The notes under the pieces are model-generated. The model was not told the origin of the DNA and did not search any database. It was given only the letters and a program-made list of their open reading frames with translations. Shown piece after piece: positions 29,077 to 38,305 of a stretch of DNA of 64,000 nt. This DNA is from an uncultured Armatimonadia bacterium. GTDB lineage: Bacteria > Armatimonadota > Zipacnadia > CAVVLO01. The translations under genes and the position numbers were made by a program. The DNA is taken from contig CAVVLO010000002.1 in NCBI GenBank assembly GCA_963749155.1, forward strand, positions 992,001 through 1,056,000. The letters run 5' to 3'. Within the stretch, counting starts at the first letter, position 1; each line of letters opens with the position of its first letter.

Positions 29077-29643
29077 TCAGTCAGCCTTTGGGCCGAATTC
29101 CTTGACGAATAGCACATACAGTACATGCCCGAGAATCAAGTGCAGGTCTTCTATCCGCTGCATATTATCGCTTGGCGCGACATAAGCCAGATCGGCCTCC
29201 TGGGAGAGCTTGCCGCCGCCCATCCCTGTCAGGCCAACTGTGGTCGCGCCCTGAGCTTTGGCATAGCGGAGGGCCTCGAGTACGTTCTCGGAATTGCCCG
29301 AGCCGCTGATGCCGATGACGACATCGCCCGCATCAACGAAGTTGCGAAGCTGACCGACGAAGATACTTTCGTAGCCGATATCGTTGGCCCAGGCCATTAT
29401 CAAAGGGGTGTTATCAGTAAGAGAAGTGATTCTGAAACGTAAATGGCAATCGAATTGGGCACCTTTGGCGAGGTCTTCGGCGATGTGAGAAGCGGTCGCC
29501 CCGCTGCCCCCGTTGCCGAGGATAAATACCTGTTTGTCTTTGCGGCAAGCCTCGAAGAGCAGCTCGGCAATTGCATCAAACTCGGCGGGGTTGGTCGCAT
29601 CGATTGCGTCTTTAAGCAACTGGAGATAGGTAACGGTATCCAA
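29077..29643 (-). CDS. SIS-domain phosphoheptose isomerase-like protein (GmhA-like)
   Basis: GNGGSGATASH, AWAND, ISGSGNSENV, MQRIEDLHLILGH. Confidence 0.85.
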   Translation of the reverse strand: MDTVTYLQLLKDAIDATNPAEFDAIAELLFEACRKDKQVFILGNGGSGATASHIAEDLAKGAQFDCHLRFRITSLTDNTPLIMAWANDIGYESIFVGQLRNFVDAGDVVIGISGSGNSENVLEALRYAKAQGATTVGLTGMGGGKLSQEADLAYVAPSDNMQRIEDLHLILGHVLYVLFVKEFGPKAD

Positions 29644-29655
29644 AAGTGAGTCCTC

Positions 29656-30531
29656 CTAACGCCAATAAATGACAGCCACTGCGACCAGGAGGAAGAGAAA
29701 CAGGTTCATCAGGATAGGCCTGTCCGTGATAAGGACTTCCTCAGGCGCACCGGCCTTTTCCTGAGTGTACAGTATCCACAGATAGCGGAAAACCCCGAAT
29801 ACTACGAAGGGGATGGTAAGCTCGAGATGGGCGCCAGGGAACTTCGCCAGCGTCTGGGGCGCGAAGGTATAGAGGCAGTAAGTAAGGATGGCGCCTGTTG
29901 CGGCGATGAGGATGTACTGATCGAGCAACTGACTGGTGTAATGAGCAAGAGCCGCCCTGTGAGAAGCCGAATCAGGCAGGCTGACCAGTTCTACTCGCCG
30001 CTTGCCGAGTACGAGCAGCAAGGCCAGGAAGAAAGTGCAGACCAGAAACCACGAACTTATCTCAACCGAGATGACCAAGGCGCCCGCAATGGCTCTGAGC
30101 AAGAAGCCCAGCGCGACCACCAGTGACTCGGCGATAGGCCAGTGCTTTACCCCCAGGTTGTAAGCCAGCACCAGCCCGACATAAGCCGCATAACTGGCCA
30201 GGAAGCCTTCGCCCAAAGGTATCGCCAGAAGCAGTGAACCACAAATCAGCACCGCGCTTGCATAGAGAGCACTAGCCTGGTTGAGTTTGCCTGAAGGCAG
30301 GGGACGAAGCCGCTTGCGTGGATGAGTCTGGTCGGCTGCCAGATCCAGCAAGTCGTTAAGAAGATAGAGGCCCCCTGTGCCCGCGCAGAATAGGAGAAAG
30401 GCTTCGATGGCGCGGAGGAGCGCCTCAGCCGAGTCAAGCTTGAGCGCGAAAATGAGCGCGGCAAAGACGAGGAGGTTCTTCGTCCATTGACGAGGCCTGA
30501 GGCTTGTGAAGAGGTACCCGAGCTGTCCCAT
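29656..30531 (-). CDS. UbiA-family decaprenyl-phosphate phosphoribosyltransferase
   Basis: LRPRQWTKNLLVF, YLLNDLLD..AD..HPRKRLRPLPSG, LGKRRVEL. Confidence 0.88.
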   Translation of the reverse strand: MGQLGYLFTSLRPRQWTKNLLVFAALIFALKLDSAEALLRAIEAFLLFCAGTGGLYLLNDLLDLAADQTHPRKRLRPLPSGKLNQASALYASAVLICGSLLLAIPLGEGFLASYAAYVGLVLAYNLGVKHWPIAESLVVALGFLLRAIAGALVISVEISSWFLVCTFFLALLLVLGKRRVELVSLPDSASHRAALAHYTSQLLDQYILIAATGAILTYCLYTFAPQTLAKFPGAHLELTIPFVVFGVFRYLWILYTQEKAGAPEEVLITDRPILMNLFLFLLVAVAVIYWR

Positions 30532-30534
30532 AAG

Positions 30535-31479
30535 CTACAGGCCCAGTTGGCGCAGCCACTCCACCTCCCGGGCAAGGCCTTCCTCCAGTGAGACGGCAGC
30601 AGAATACCCAAGCAACTCGCGCGCCTTGGAGCCATCGGCGCGGGTATGGCGCACATCGCCTTTTTCGACGGCTTTGTGAACGGCTTTCACGGGCCTCTGG
30701 CACAGTTGCCCAATCAACTCCAGGACCTGGTTTACAGAGACTTGCGAGCCGCCTCCAACATTGAAGGTCTCTCCGGCCACGTCACTGGTAGCCGCCAGGA
30801 TATTGGCGCGAACGGCATCAGCCACAAAAGTGAAATCGCGTGTTTGTTCGCCATCGCCGTAGACTTCCAGTTGCTGCCCCGCAAGTACGGCCTTGCTGAA
30901 CTTGTGGAAAGCCATATCTGGCCGCTGGCGAGGACCATAGACGGTGAAATAGCGCAGGCTGACAGTAGGGACGTTCCAGTTGCGGAAATAGAGCCTGGCC
31001 AGATGCTCGCCGGCGAGCTTGGTTACGCCATAAGGCGACAGGGGTGCTGGAGTTGCCATCTCGGGTGTTGGGAAGCACTCTGCGTCGCCATAAATTGACG
31101 AGGAGCTGGAGTAGACAAACTTGGCGATTGGGACTCCCTTGCAGGCCTCAAGCAAGCGCTGAGTCGCCAGCACATTGTCGCTGGTGTAGTTCTCAAAGGA
31201 CTTGCCCCAGCTTGCGCGCACGCCCGCCTGGGCAGCCAGGTGGAAGACATAGGTGACACCCTCGAGGAGAGAATCAAGGGGCGCGTCGAGCAGGTTGGCC
31301 TCTGACAGGGTGAAGGCCGGTTGGGTTCTCAGAGCGCTCAGGTTGGCTTCTTTGTAGGGCCTGGGATAATAATCGCGGAAACAATCGATGCCTCGGACCT
31401 GATGGCCTTCGGCTAGAAGAGCTTCTGACAGGGTTGAACCGATAAAACCGGCTGCTCCGGTGACTAGACAGAGGCTCAA
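30535..31479 (-). CDS. NAD-dependent nucleotide-sugar epimerase/dehydratase
   Basis: TGAAGFIGS, HLAAQAGVR, YGVTK, YFTVYGPRQRPDM; TTG start after GGGAGG. Confidence 0.92.
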   Translation of the reverse strand: MSLCLVTGAAGFIGSTLSEALLAEGHQVRGIDCFRDYYPRPYKEANLSALRTQPAFTLSEANLLDAPLDSLLEGVTYVFHLAAQAGVRASWGKSFENYTSDNVLATQRLLEACKGVPIAKFVYSSSSSIYGDAECFPTPEMATPAPLSPYGVTKLAGEHLARLYFRNWNVPTVSLRYFTVYGPRQRPDMAFHKFSKAVLAGQQLEVYGDGEQTRDFTFVADAVRANILAATSDVAGETFNVGGGSQVSVNQVLELIGQLCQRPVKAVHKAVEKGDVRHTRADGSKARELLGYSAAVSLEEGLAREVEWLRQLGL

Positions 31480-31498
31480 GAGAAGGCCCTCCCAGCAG

Positions 31499-31558
31499 TT
31501 ATCTCGTGCCACGCCAGATTATCTGGCGCCACGCCAGACTATCTGGCGCCACGCCCCA
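31499..31558. repeat. three tandem 20-bp repeats with an internal palindrome
   Basis: TTATCTCGTGCCACGCCAGA / TTATCTGGCGCCACGCCAGA / CTATCTGGCGCCACGCCCCA. Confidence 0.9.
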
Positions 31559-32276
31559 GTACGATTACAGGCACGGTCATAATAATAATCCACAAGTCGA
31601 AAAGCAAACTGCGGCGGAGAAGGTAGTGAAGGTCCAGGTTAATCATAGTCTGGAAATCGGCATCTTTACGTCCTGACACCTGCCAAAGGCCAGTCAGGCC
31701 AGGTGTAATCAGGAGCCTGGCGCTTTCTCTGGGCGTATAACGCAAAAATTCCGCATACCAGGGGGGGCGAGGCCCGACAAAGACCATATCTCCCCGGACG
31801 ATATTGAGCAGTTGAGGCAACTCGTCGAGACTTGTCTTGCGAAGGAACTGACCAACCCGGGTGATCCTGTGGTCTTTTGGGATACGCAGCAGCTTGCCAC
31901 TTGCTTCTTCGTTCTGGTCCAGCACTTCATGCAAGCGAGCTTCGGCGTCTTCGACCATAGTGCGGAATTTGAACATCACAAAGGGCCTGCCGTAACGCGC
32001 AGCTCTTAGCTGTCCAAAGAAGACTGGCCCACGTGAGTCCAGCTTGATAAGAAGGGCAAGCACAAGGAAGACCGGCGCAAGAAGCACCAGCAAGAGAATC
32101 GCCAGGACCACGCTAAGCACGCCGGCTACAAAATCGTAGACCGGCCGATGCGAAGGCCCAATAAACTGCTCTGGTGGGCGGATTACCGGCGAGACGAGCG
32201 AGAAATTCGATGAGCGAGTATCTCGCAAGCCAGAGTCGGCAATACTCTCGTATTCTCCAGCAGGTACCTTTTCCAT
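31539..32276 (-). CDS. priming sugar transferase (Bac_transf, WcaJ/CpsE-like); start uncertain
   Basis: IKLDSRGPVFF, FKFRTMV, RITRVGQFLRKTSLDELPQL, VGPRP, PGLTGLWQVSGR. Confidence 0.88.
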   Translation of the reverse strand: MEKVPAGEYESIADSGLRDTRSSNFSLVSPVIRPPEQFIGPSHRPVYDFVAGVLSVVLAILLLVLLAPVFLVLALLIKLDSRGPVFFGQLRAARYGRPFVMFKFRTMVEDAEARLHEVLDQNEEASGKLLRIPKDHRITRVGQFLRKTSLDELPQLLNIVRGDMVFVGPRPPWYAEFLRYTPRESARLLITPGLTGLWQVSGRKDADFQTMINLDLHYLLRRSLLFDLWIIIMTVPVIVLGRGAR

Positions 32277-32965
32277 AGTCTTTTTGGTTCCAGGGCGAAT
32301 CGGTAATACCATTCCAGTCCGTTGCGGGTTGCCCAGTCGGGGGCAGCCTGACCTCGGCTGGCAAGGCTGTCGAAAGTGGAGCCAATACCTACACTCACTG
32401 GCACCGCAAGCTCTTTAAGGTGAGTGGCCAGCCATTTCTCCTGTTTGGGAGCGCCAAAAGCCACGAATAACGCATCGGGAGTAGCAGCCTTGACGCGCGC
32501 GATGGTCTCGGAGTTCAGTTCTGCATCGCGCTCAAAACCAAGAGGCGGCGAATAACACCCAACTACCTTGAGTCCTGGATTGCGGCCTTCAAGCAACTGG
32601 GCTGCTTCTTCGGCAACGCCAGGGGCGGCTCCCAGAAAGAAGAGACGATATCCCCTGGCGGCAGCGCGCTCCGCAAAGGCGGGCAGCAGACGCGAGCCTG
32701 GCACATGGGCGGGCAGGGGCTCTCCCATCGCTTTTGCGGCCCACAGGAGCGGCCTGCCATCGGCGACCAGTAAGCGCGCCCGCCAATAGGCAGCGCGAAA
32801 AGCCGCATCTCGTCTGAAAGCATAGAGCTGGTTGACATTTACCGTGCACACAAGGCTTGGGACTCTCTCGGTAATATAGCTTTCCATCAGGTCGAGAGTC
32901 TCTTCAAAGCTCACTCGGTGCAACGGTACACCAGCCAGCACAGTTGTAAGGGGAGCTGGCAGCAA
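32183..32965 (-). CDS. WecB/TagA/CpsF family glycosyltransferase
   Basis: VADGRPL, FFLGA, FVAFGAPKQEKW, GLEWYYRFALEPKRLWKRY. Confidence 0.92.
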   Translation of the reverse strand: MLPAPLTTVLAGVPLHRVSFEETLDLMESYITERVPSLVCTVNVNQLYAFRRDAAFRAAYWRARLLVADGRPLLWAAKAMGEPLPAHVPGSRLLPAFAERAAARGYRLFFLGAAPGVAEEAAQLLEGRNPGLKVVGCYSPPLGFERDAELNSETIARVKAATPDALFVAFGAPKQEKWLATHLKELAVPVSVGIGSTFDSLASRGQAAPDWATRNGLEWYYRFALEPKRLWKRYLLENTRVLPTLACEILAHRISRSSRR

Positions 32966-33029
32966 GGCCCCTCCTAATTGCAGTTGGTTTGACAGGTATA
33001 TTGTAACCTACCACATATTAAGCCAAACG

Positions 33030-33968
33030 CTAGATACGTTTTCGTAACAACTCTAGTCGCAATCTGCGCAGGAAAGCCCCTCGAGTTGCCTTTTCGAGCT
33101 TGCAAAATCTGCGCCAGGTTAGAGCCGACACAGGCCGTCGGTCAGAGTATAACGAAGCAAGCTCATAGGAGAGTTTTCCTACAGCGCGCAGATACTGGCC
33201 ACAGATCCGGTTGCGCGCCGCTTGCAATCCATGACCAAGCAGGTGCATCGCCAGCCGCTCAGGCAGCGCCCAGCCTGGCACATGCCGTATATAGGTGGCA
33301 AGCCGATTGTGGAGATAATGGTAGAAACGCTCCTTGCCCCAGGAAAAGCGCCTGTCGGGCGAGACCTTGTGCAAAAGTCTGGAGTCAGGCCAGTACCAGA
33401 GACTATACCCCAGGTCCATCAAGCGCAAGGCAAGGGCTTCTTCTTCTCCGGAAAAGAAGTAGTCTTCATCGTAGCCACCAGCCCACCAAAAAACCTCTCG
33501 CTTTATCCCGCAGGCTCCCCCGGCGAAGACCACCGACTCAAAAGGTTCTCCCGCTTTGGCGAGCATATTGGCCGGATATACCCAGGAAGGGCCATCAAGT
33601 TCGCCTGAGTAGAAGTTATCAACTCGCATCGTAAGCACGGCGGCTTCAGGATGAGCCACAAAACCCGCCAGCAGCTCGCAAAGGGCATCAGGGGGCAACT
33701 CGGCATCATTGTCGAGGAACCAGAGCAAATCGCCTTTCGCCATCGAAGCCAGCAGATTACGGCCAGCAGCGACGCCGACATTTTGTTCGAGCCGCAGCAC
33801 ACGCACCTCGGGGAAGGCCGCCTCTATCGCTTCCACCGAACCGTCTTCAGAACCCTGATCTACGACCAGCACTTCATCCGGGGCAGTTTTAAGGCCTCGC
33901 AGGCTGGCCAGACAAGCCAGCGTATCGTCACGACGATTCCAGTTGAGCAGCAGGGCTGAGACCTGCAT
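33030..33968 (-). CDS. GT2 glycosyltransferase
   Basis: LLNWN, VVDQGSEDGS, NVGVAAGRN, FLDND, GGYDEDYF. Confidence 0.88.
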   Translation of the reverse strand: MQVSALLLNWNRRDDTLACLASLRGLKTAPDEVLVVDQGSEDGSVEAIEAAFPEVRVLRLEQNVGVAAGRNLLASMAKGDLLWFLDNDAELPPDALCELLAGFVAHPEAAVLTMRVDNFYSGELDGPSWVYPANMLAKAGEPFESVVFAGGACGIKREVFWWAGGYDEDYFFSGEEEALALRLMDLGYSLWYWPDSRLLHKVSPDRRFSWGKERFYHYLHNRLATYIRHVPGWALPERLAMHLLGHGLQAARNRICGQYLRAVGKLSYELASLYSDRRPVSALTWRRFCKLEKATRGAFLRRLRLELLRKRI

Positions 33969-34053
33969 AGGGCAATCTCCCAGTCAGACCAAGGGAGCGC
34001 GTCAAGGTGACCGCGCTCCCCTTTAGTTTACCTCAGAAAAGTGAATCTGTTTA

Positions 34054-35064
34054 TTAACGTCCAGGATAGAGCAATACTTTACCGCACTGGCCAGTCAGTT
34101 GGAGTTCCCAGGCGGCTTGTACCTCGCTCAGCGAGAAGGAGTGGGTAATCAGCTTGTCGAGTGAAGCGCTGGTGCTTGCCAGCACTTGCATCAGGCGCGG
34201 GGCATCCTGCCTATTAAAGTGCCAGCAACCATGCAACGTAAGCCCTTGTGGGACGGGCAAGTCGCGCTCTATGCGGCCACCCCAACCGACGAAGGCCACT
34301 TCTCCCCGACGCCTGGTGGCATCCATACAGAATGACTGGGCGGTTGGCACGGCGGTACAATCGATAGCCTTGTCTACCCCTCGCCCTCGGTCGGTTAACG
34401 CTTTCACCTGAGCAAGCGCCTCTGGTTCTTCAGGATTGATAATTGCCTCGGCGCCAAGTTCGAGGGCCAGGCTGGCACGGTAAGGATTGCTCTCAAGGCC
34501 GATTACACGTGCCCCTCGAAAGCGAGCATTGATAACTCCGCCCAGACCCACCGGGCCGAGTCCTGCGATCAGCACTGTGTCGAAAGCGTCAACCTTCATC
34601 CGCTGCATCGCGCCAAAAGTCGGTCCCAGGCCGCAACAAGCCATACTGGCGTGCTCGTAGCTCATCCCCTCGGGGACAGGGAGGCAAAGCCAGTCCTGCT
34701 TTATGCAGTATTCGGCATAGGTGCCCAAGCCTGTCTCGGAGCCACACAGGGCTAATGGGTCAACACAATCCTCGCAGTGGATGTAGTCGCCCGCAAGGCA
34801 TAGTTTACACAGGCCACAAGGGAACTGTGGCATCACAACCACGCGGTCACCAACTTTCACCTGGCCAGGCTGAGCGACCTCAACTACCTCGCCTGCGGCC
34901 TCGTGGCCAAGGACGTTGCTGGCCCATCCATCTTTATAACCTTTATATTCGGTACACATCGGAGCGACTTCGATGCGCACCAGCACGAAATTCTCGCGCA
35001 CTTTTGGATTAGGCACTTCCTGCAACTCTGACTGGCGCGGTCCCGTGATTGCGGCAACCTTCAT
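34054..35064 (-). CDS. zinc-binding alcohol/sugar dehydrogenase (MDR family)
   Basis: GHEAAGEV, CGLCKLCLAG...C, GLGPVGLG; start set at ATG 35064. Confidence 0.9.
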   Translation of the reverse strand: MKVAAITGPRQSELQEVPNPKVRENFVLVRIEVAPMCTEYKGYKDGWASNVLGHEAAGEVVEVAQPGQVKVGDRVVVMPQFPCGLCKLCLAGDYIHCEDCVDPLALCGSETGLGTYAEYCIKQDWLCLPVPEGMSYEHASMACCGLGPTFGAMQRMKVDAFDTVLIAGLGPVGLGGVINARFRGARVIGLESNPYRASLALELGAEAIINPEEPEALAQVKALTDRGRGVDKAIDCTAVPTAQSFCMDATRRRGEVAFVGWGGRIERDLPVPQGLTLHGCWHFNRQDAPRLMQVLASTSASLDKLITHSFSLSEVQAAWELQLTGQCGKVLLYPGR

Positions 35065-35078
35065 CCAGGCGCCCTCCT

Positions 35079-37238
35079 CTAGTCGAAGATGACCATCTCG
35101 TGCAAGGCTACCTTGGGGACGGTAACCCTGGTCCAGCCATCTTCCCACTCGGGCTGCAGGTTAAGCCCGGACGGCTCGAGGCGGACGTTCTTGTAACGGC
35201 CTTTGAGGGAGACCACGATGTCATGCACTGGCACGACTTCGTCCACCAGAGGCATCCGGCCCCGCATAACCGTCGGGCGCAGTGAAGTCAGAGGCGAGTT
35301 GGTCAGATGGATAATGCGCTTGCCCTCACGCTCGAAGGCCGTCACTTCGATGACCTTGGGCGCCTGTACCTCAAGCCAGGGCTTTGCGCGATTGGCCAGG
35401 CTCGCGATGAATTGCCTGACGCGGGGATAGGGGAAGCCAGCATACCCCATACCCAGGTCGGCTCCGACGTAAATAACTTCGCCGGCGCCGATCTCGCGCA
35501 GGACCGCAAGAGGCTGGTCGGTCGCAGGCACGTTCTCTCCTGCCCCGCCGGTTGCGGCGTCATTGCCCGCCGTAAAACGTAGCACAGGTCTGGCGCCGCT
35601 TGCCGGGTCAACAGTGAATTCGCAGTAAGGCGAGACAAACCAGTACAAGCGCGAAGGACTGGCCTCGCTGCGGAAGTCCTCCTCCAGCACACCCACTGGA
35701 CTGGTCGCAGGATAAGCGCCCTGGGGCTTGCTTGCCTGGTAGTGAACCCCAAGCAGGTCAGCGAGGACGAAATCTGGCCGTTTCACGCCCAGGTCGTCAT
35801 AAAGACCAGTCTCACCACACACAATCAGGTGACCGCCCTTACTGACATAAGTCTGCAACTGGGCTGCTTCTTCATCGGACAGGCAACCAGAAGAGGGCAA
35901 TATGACAACTGGATACTGGGCCAGATACTCCGCTGTCAGTTGGCCGTCCAGCACGAAGTCGAAGATGATATGCGACTCGGCCAAGGCCTGGTAGATACCC
36001 GAGGCCATCTTGTCATACTCCCACATACCGCCTGGATAACTGAAATCCCGGGCGCGCTGGGAGTAATGCATCGCGGCGTAGGTCAGTGGTTCTCCCCCAT
36101 GCCAGGCGGCGCGTTTTTTCAGTTCGGCAAAGGCAGGACCCAGGCACTTTGCCATATCTTCAGTTGCGCTTGACCAGCCACAGAAGCTGTGGCCACCCTG
36201 GGCAAACTCAAGCAGCAGGCTGACCGTCGTCTGGACCGGGTCCGGCTGGGGGGGGAAGCCAATCTGGAAGTCCCAAACTGGTCGCCACAGTTCGAAAGAA
36301 TAGGGATTGATGGCCTTGATCATCCGGGCGTTGAAGCCGGTATTGGTGGTATTCCAGGCCATATCGCCCACAATGTTGTTCTCACCGCTGACACAGACAG
36401 GCAGATTCCAGGGCGAAAGCGGGGTGCCGCAATCCCACCCGTGGCCCGGACGGTAATAGTTGCCGAAGGCGACGTGAGCGTCTGGCCTGGCCGCAAGGGC
36501 AGCCTCATACAGGTCCTGCATATGCTCGCGCATCACGTCATAACGCCAGCGCACAAAGCGGCGGAAGTTGAGGTCGCCGAGGTCGATCCTCTCCGGCACC
36601 TCGAAACCCGTCTCGGCCTTGTAACGAGCGCGGCAGAAGGGACACTTGCAACCTGCGTAGAAGGGCACGCTAAGCATACTGCCAAAGACGGTGCCATCAA
36701 ACCACAGCCCATCGAAATCGAGGTCAGTGAGTATCTCGGTGATCTCGGTTTTCAGGAAGGCCTTGGCTTCAGGATTGTTGGGACAGAGCCAGCCAACGTT
36801 TATGCCTTCGGGCACCTCGCGGCTCGGGTCATCCAGGAGGACCATATTCCAGTCGGGATGAGCCTGGCCTGCGCCTTTGCTCCAGGTGGGGCCAAGCCAG
36901 CTTATTACCGCGATATCTTTTTCGTGGGCAAGCCGGACAGCTTCCTTGATATAGGTCGGATCGAAGTCGCCGGAAGGGTAGCCGACCTGGCTTGGATAAT
37001 TCACATCACAGTTGGCGTCTACGGCAGAGAAGACCCACAGGTCGATGCCTGCAGCGGCGATGTCAGCTACCCAGTCTGCCGGATTGCCGGTGATGGGGCC
37101 ACCTGGACGACTCTCAACGCGGCAGAAGCGATCATCGAGAGGTCCAGCCTTGGAATAAGCAGAGGGCCTGCCCTGGGCCAAAGCCAGAGTCGCAATCAAA
37201 ATAAGCATTAGAGCCATAAGTATTCGAGCATCAAGCAT
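35079..37238 (-). CDS. secreted glycoside hydrolase-like protein (TIM barrel plus GH42-type trimerisation domain)
   Basis: signal peptide; LCPNNP, FDGLWFDG, CKCPFC, YPVVILP...YVSKGGHLIV.GETGLYD. Confidence 0.6.
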   Translation of the reverse strand: MLDARILMALMLILIATLALAQGRPSAYSKAGPLDDRFCRVESRPGGPITGNPADWVADIAAAGIDLWVFSAVDANCDVNYPSQVGYPSGDFDPTYIKEAVRLAHEKDIAVISWLGPTWSKGAGQAHPDWNMVLLDDPSREVPEGINVGWLCPNNPEAKAFLKTEITEILTDLDFDGLWFDGTVFGSMLSVPFYAGCKCPFCRARYKAETGFEVPERIDLGDLNFRRFVRWRYDVMREHMQDLYEAALAARPDAHVAFGNYYRPGHGWDCGTPLSPWNLPVCVSGENNIVGDMAWNTTNTGFNARMIKAINPYSFELWRPVWDFQIGFPPQPDPVQTTVSLLLEFAQGGHSFCGWSSATEDMAKCLGPAFAELKKRAAWHGGEPLTYAAMHYSQRARDFSYPGGMWEYDKMASGIYQALAESHIIFDFVLDGQLTAEYLAQYPVVILPSSGCLSDEEAAQLQTYVSKGGHLIVCGETGLYDDLGVKRPDFVLADLLGVHYQASKPQGAYPATSPVGVLEEDFRSEASPSRLYWFVSPYCEFTVDPASGARPVLRFTAGNDAATGGAGENVPATDQPLAVLREIGAGEVIYVGADLGMGYAGFPYPRVRQFIASLANRAKPWLEVQAPKVIEVTAFEREGKRIIHLTNSPLTSLRPTVMRGRMPLVDEVVPVHDIVVSLKGRYKNVRLEPSGLNLQPEWEDGWTRVTVPKVALHEMVIFD

Positions 37239-37405
37239 CAGGAGTACCTCCAGGCACTTTCTATATGGAAAGGCGCCCGGCAGTATTGAACGAAGAAGGC
37301 GGCTCTCCTGCCAAAGGGCCCGAAGCGCGCGCGATTATGCGATAATAGAAGGGCCGCGCAAGCACGCCGCGCGATAACTTTGCCTCATCGGAGGAAGAGC
37401 CCATC

Positions 37406-38302
37406 GTGGCTGAGCCCAGGTTCTACATAATCACAGGGCTTTCAGGAGCCGGCAAGTCTCAGGCAATGCACCATTTCGAGGACTTCGGCTTCTATTGCGT
37501 GGATAACTTGCCCCCCAAGCTGCTGCTTACCTTTGCCGAGCTTTGCCAGCAGTCGAAGGATAGTTTCGAGAACGTCGCCTTGTTGCTCGATGTGCGCTCG
37601 GACGATTTTCTCGAGATCTTCCTGACCACTCTGGACGAGCTGGATGCTCGGGGCTTCCAGTGGCAGATGCTCTTCTTCGACGCAAGTGATGAAGAGCTGC
37701 TCAACCGGTTCAAGGAGACGCGTCGCAAGCACCCGCTTATAGATAAATACGGCAGTGTCAGCGCCTCCATCGTAGCGGAGAGAGGCCTGATGCAGGCGGT
37801 CAAGCTGCGCGCCAACCGGGTTATCGATACGACAGGCCTTTCAGCCAAGGAACTAAAAACCTTGCTTGCCCAGGCTTATGAGCAGGAAGGTAAAGTCCAG
37901 CTTCAGGTCACGGTCATCTCCTTTGGTTTCAAACATGGATTGCCCAGTGCTGCTGAACTTGTTTTCGATGTGCGGCCCTTGCCCAATCCTTATTACGAGA
38001 CTGAACTGCGCGACTTGACGGGGCTGGATGAAGAAGTAAAACAATTTGTCTTCGCAGAGCCTCAGACCGAAGGCCTGATGGAACGGCTGATGGCCCTGGT
38101 CTCTTATATGATGCCCCTTTACGAAGCCGAGGGCCGGATGGCTGTCACGCTGGGAGTCGGCTGCACAGGAGGCCGACACCGGTCGGTTGTGCTTTCAGGC
38201 GAAATCGCAGAAAGGCTGAGAACGCTTGGGTATCAGGTCTTTGTAGAGCATCGCGACCTGCGTATGGCGAAAACTGAAGCTGGGCAGGTGGAACCGAACT
38301 AG
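37406..38302 (+). CDS. rapZ: RNase adapter RapZ (YvcJ)
   Basis: ITGLSGAGKS, YCVDNLP, SFGFKHG, FDVR.LPNPY, GCTGGRHRSV. Confidence 0.96.
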   Translation: MAEPRFYIITGLSGAGKSQAMHHFEDFGFYCVDNLPPKLLLTFAELCQQSKDSFENVALLLDVRSDDFLEIFLTTLDELDARGFQWQMLFFDASDEELLNRFKETRRKHPLIDKYGSVSASIVAERGLMQAVKLRANRVIDTTGLSAKELKTLLAQAYEQEGKVQLQVTVISFGFKHGLPSAAELVFDVRPLPNPYYETELRDLTGLDEEVKQFVFAEPQTEGLMERLMALVSYMMPLYEAEGRMAVTLGVGCTGGRHRSVVLSGEIAERLRTLGYQVFVEHRDLRMAKTEAGQVEPN

Positions 38303-38305
38303 CCG

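Noticed and set aside
31499..31558. Mini CRISPR array
   Set aside because: The repeats are contiguous with no spacers and there are no cas genes
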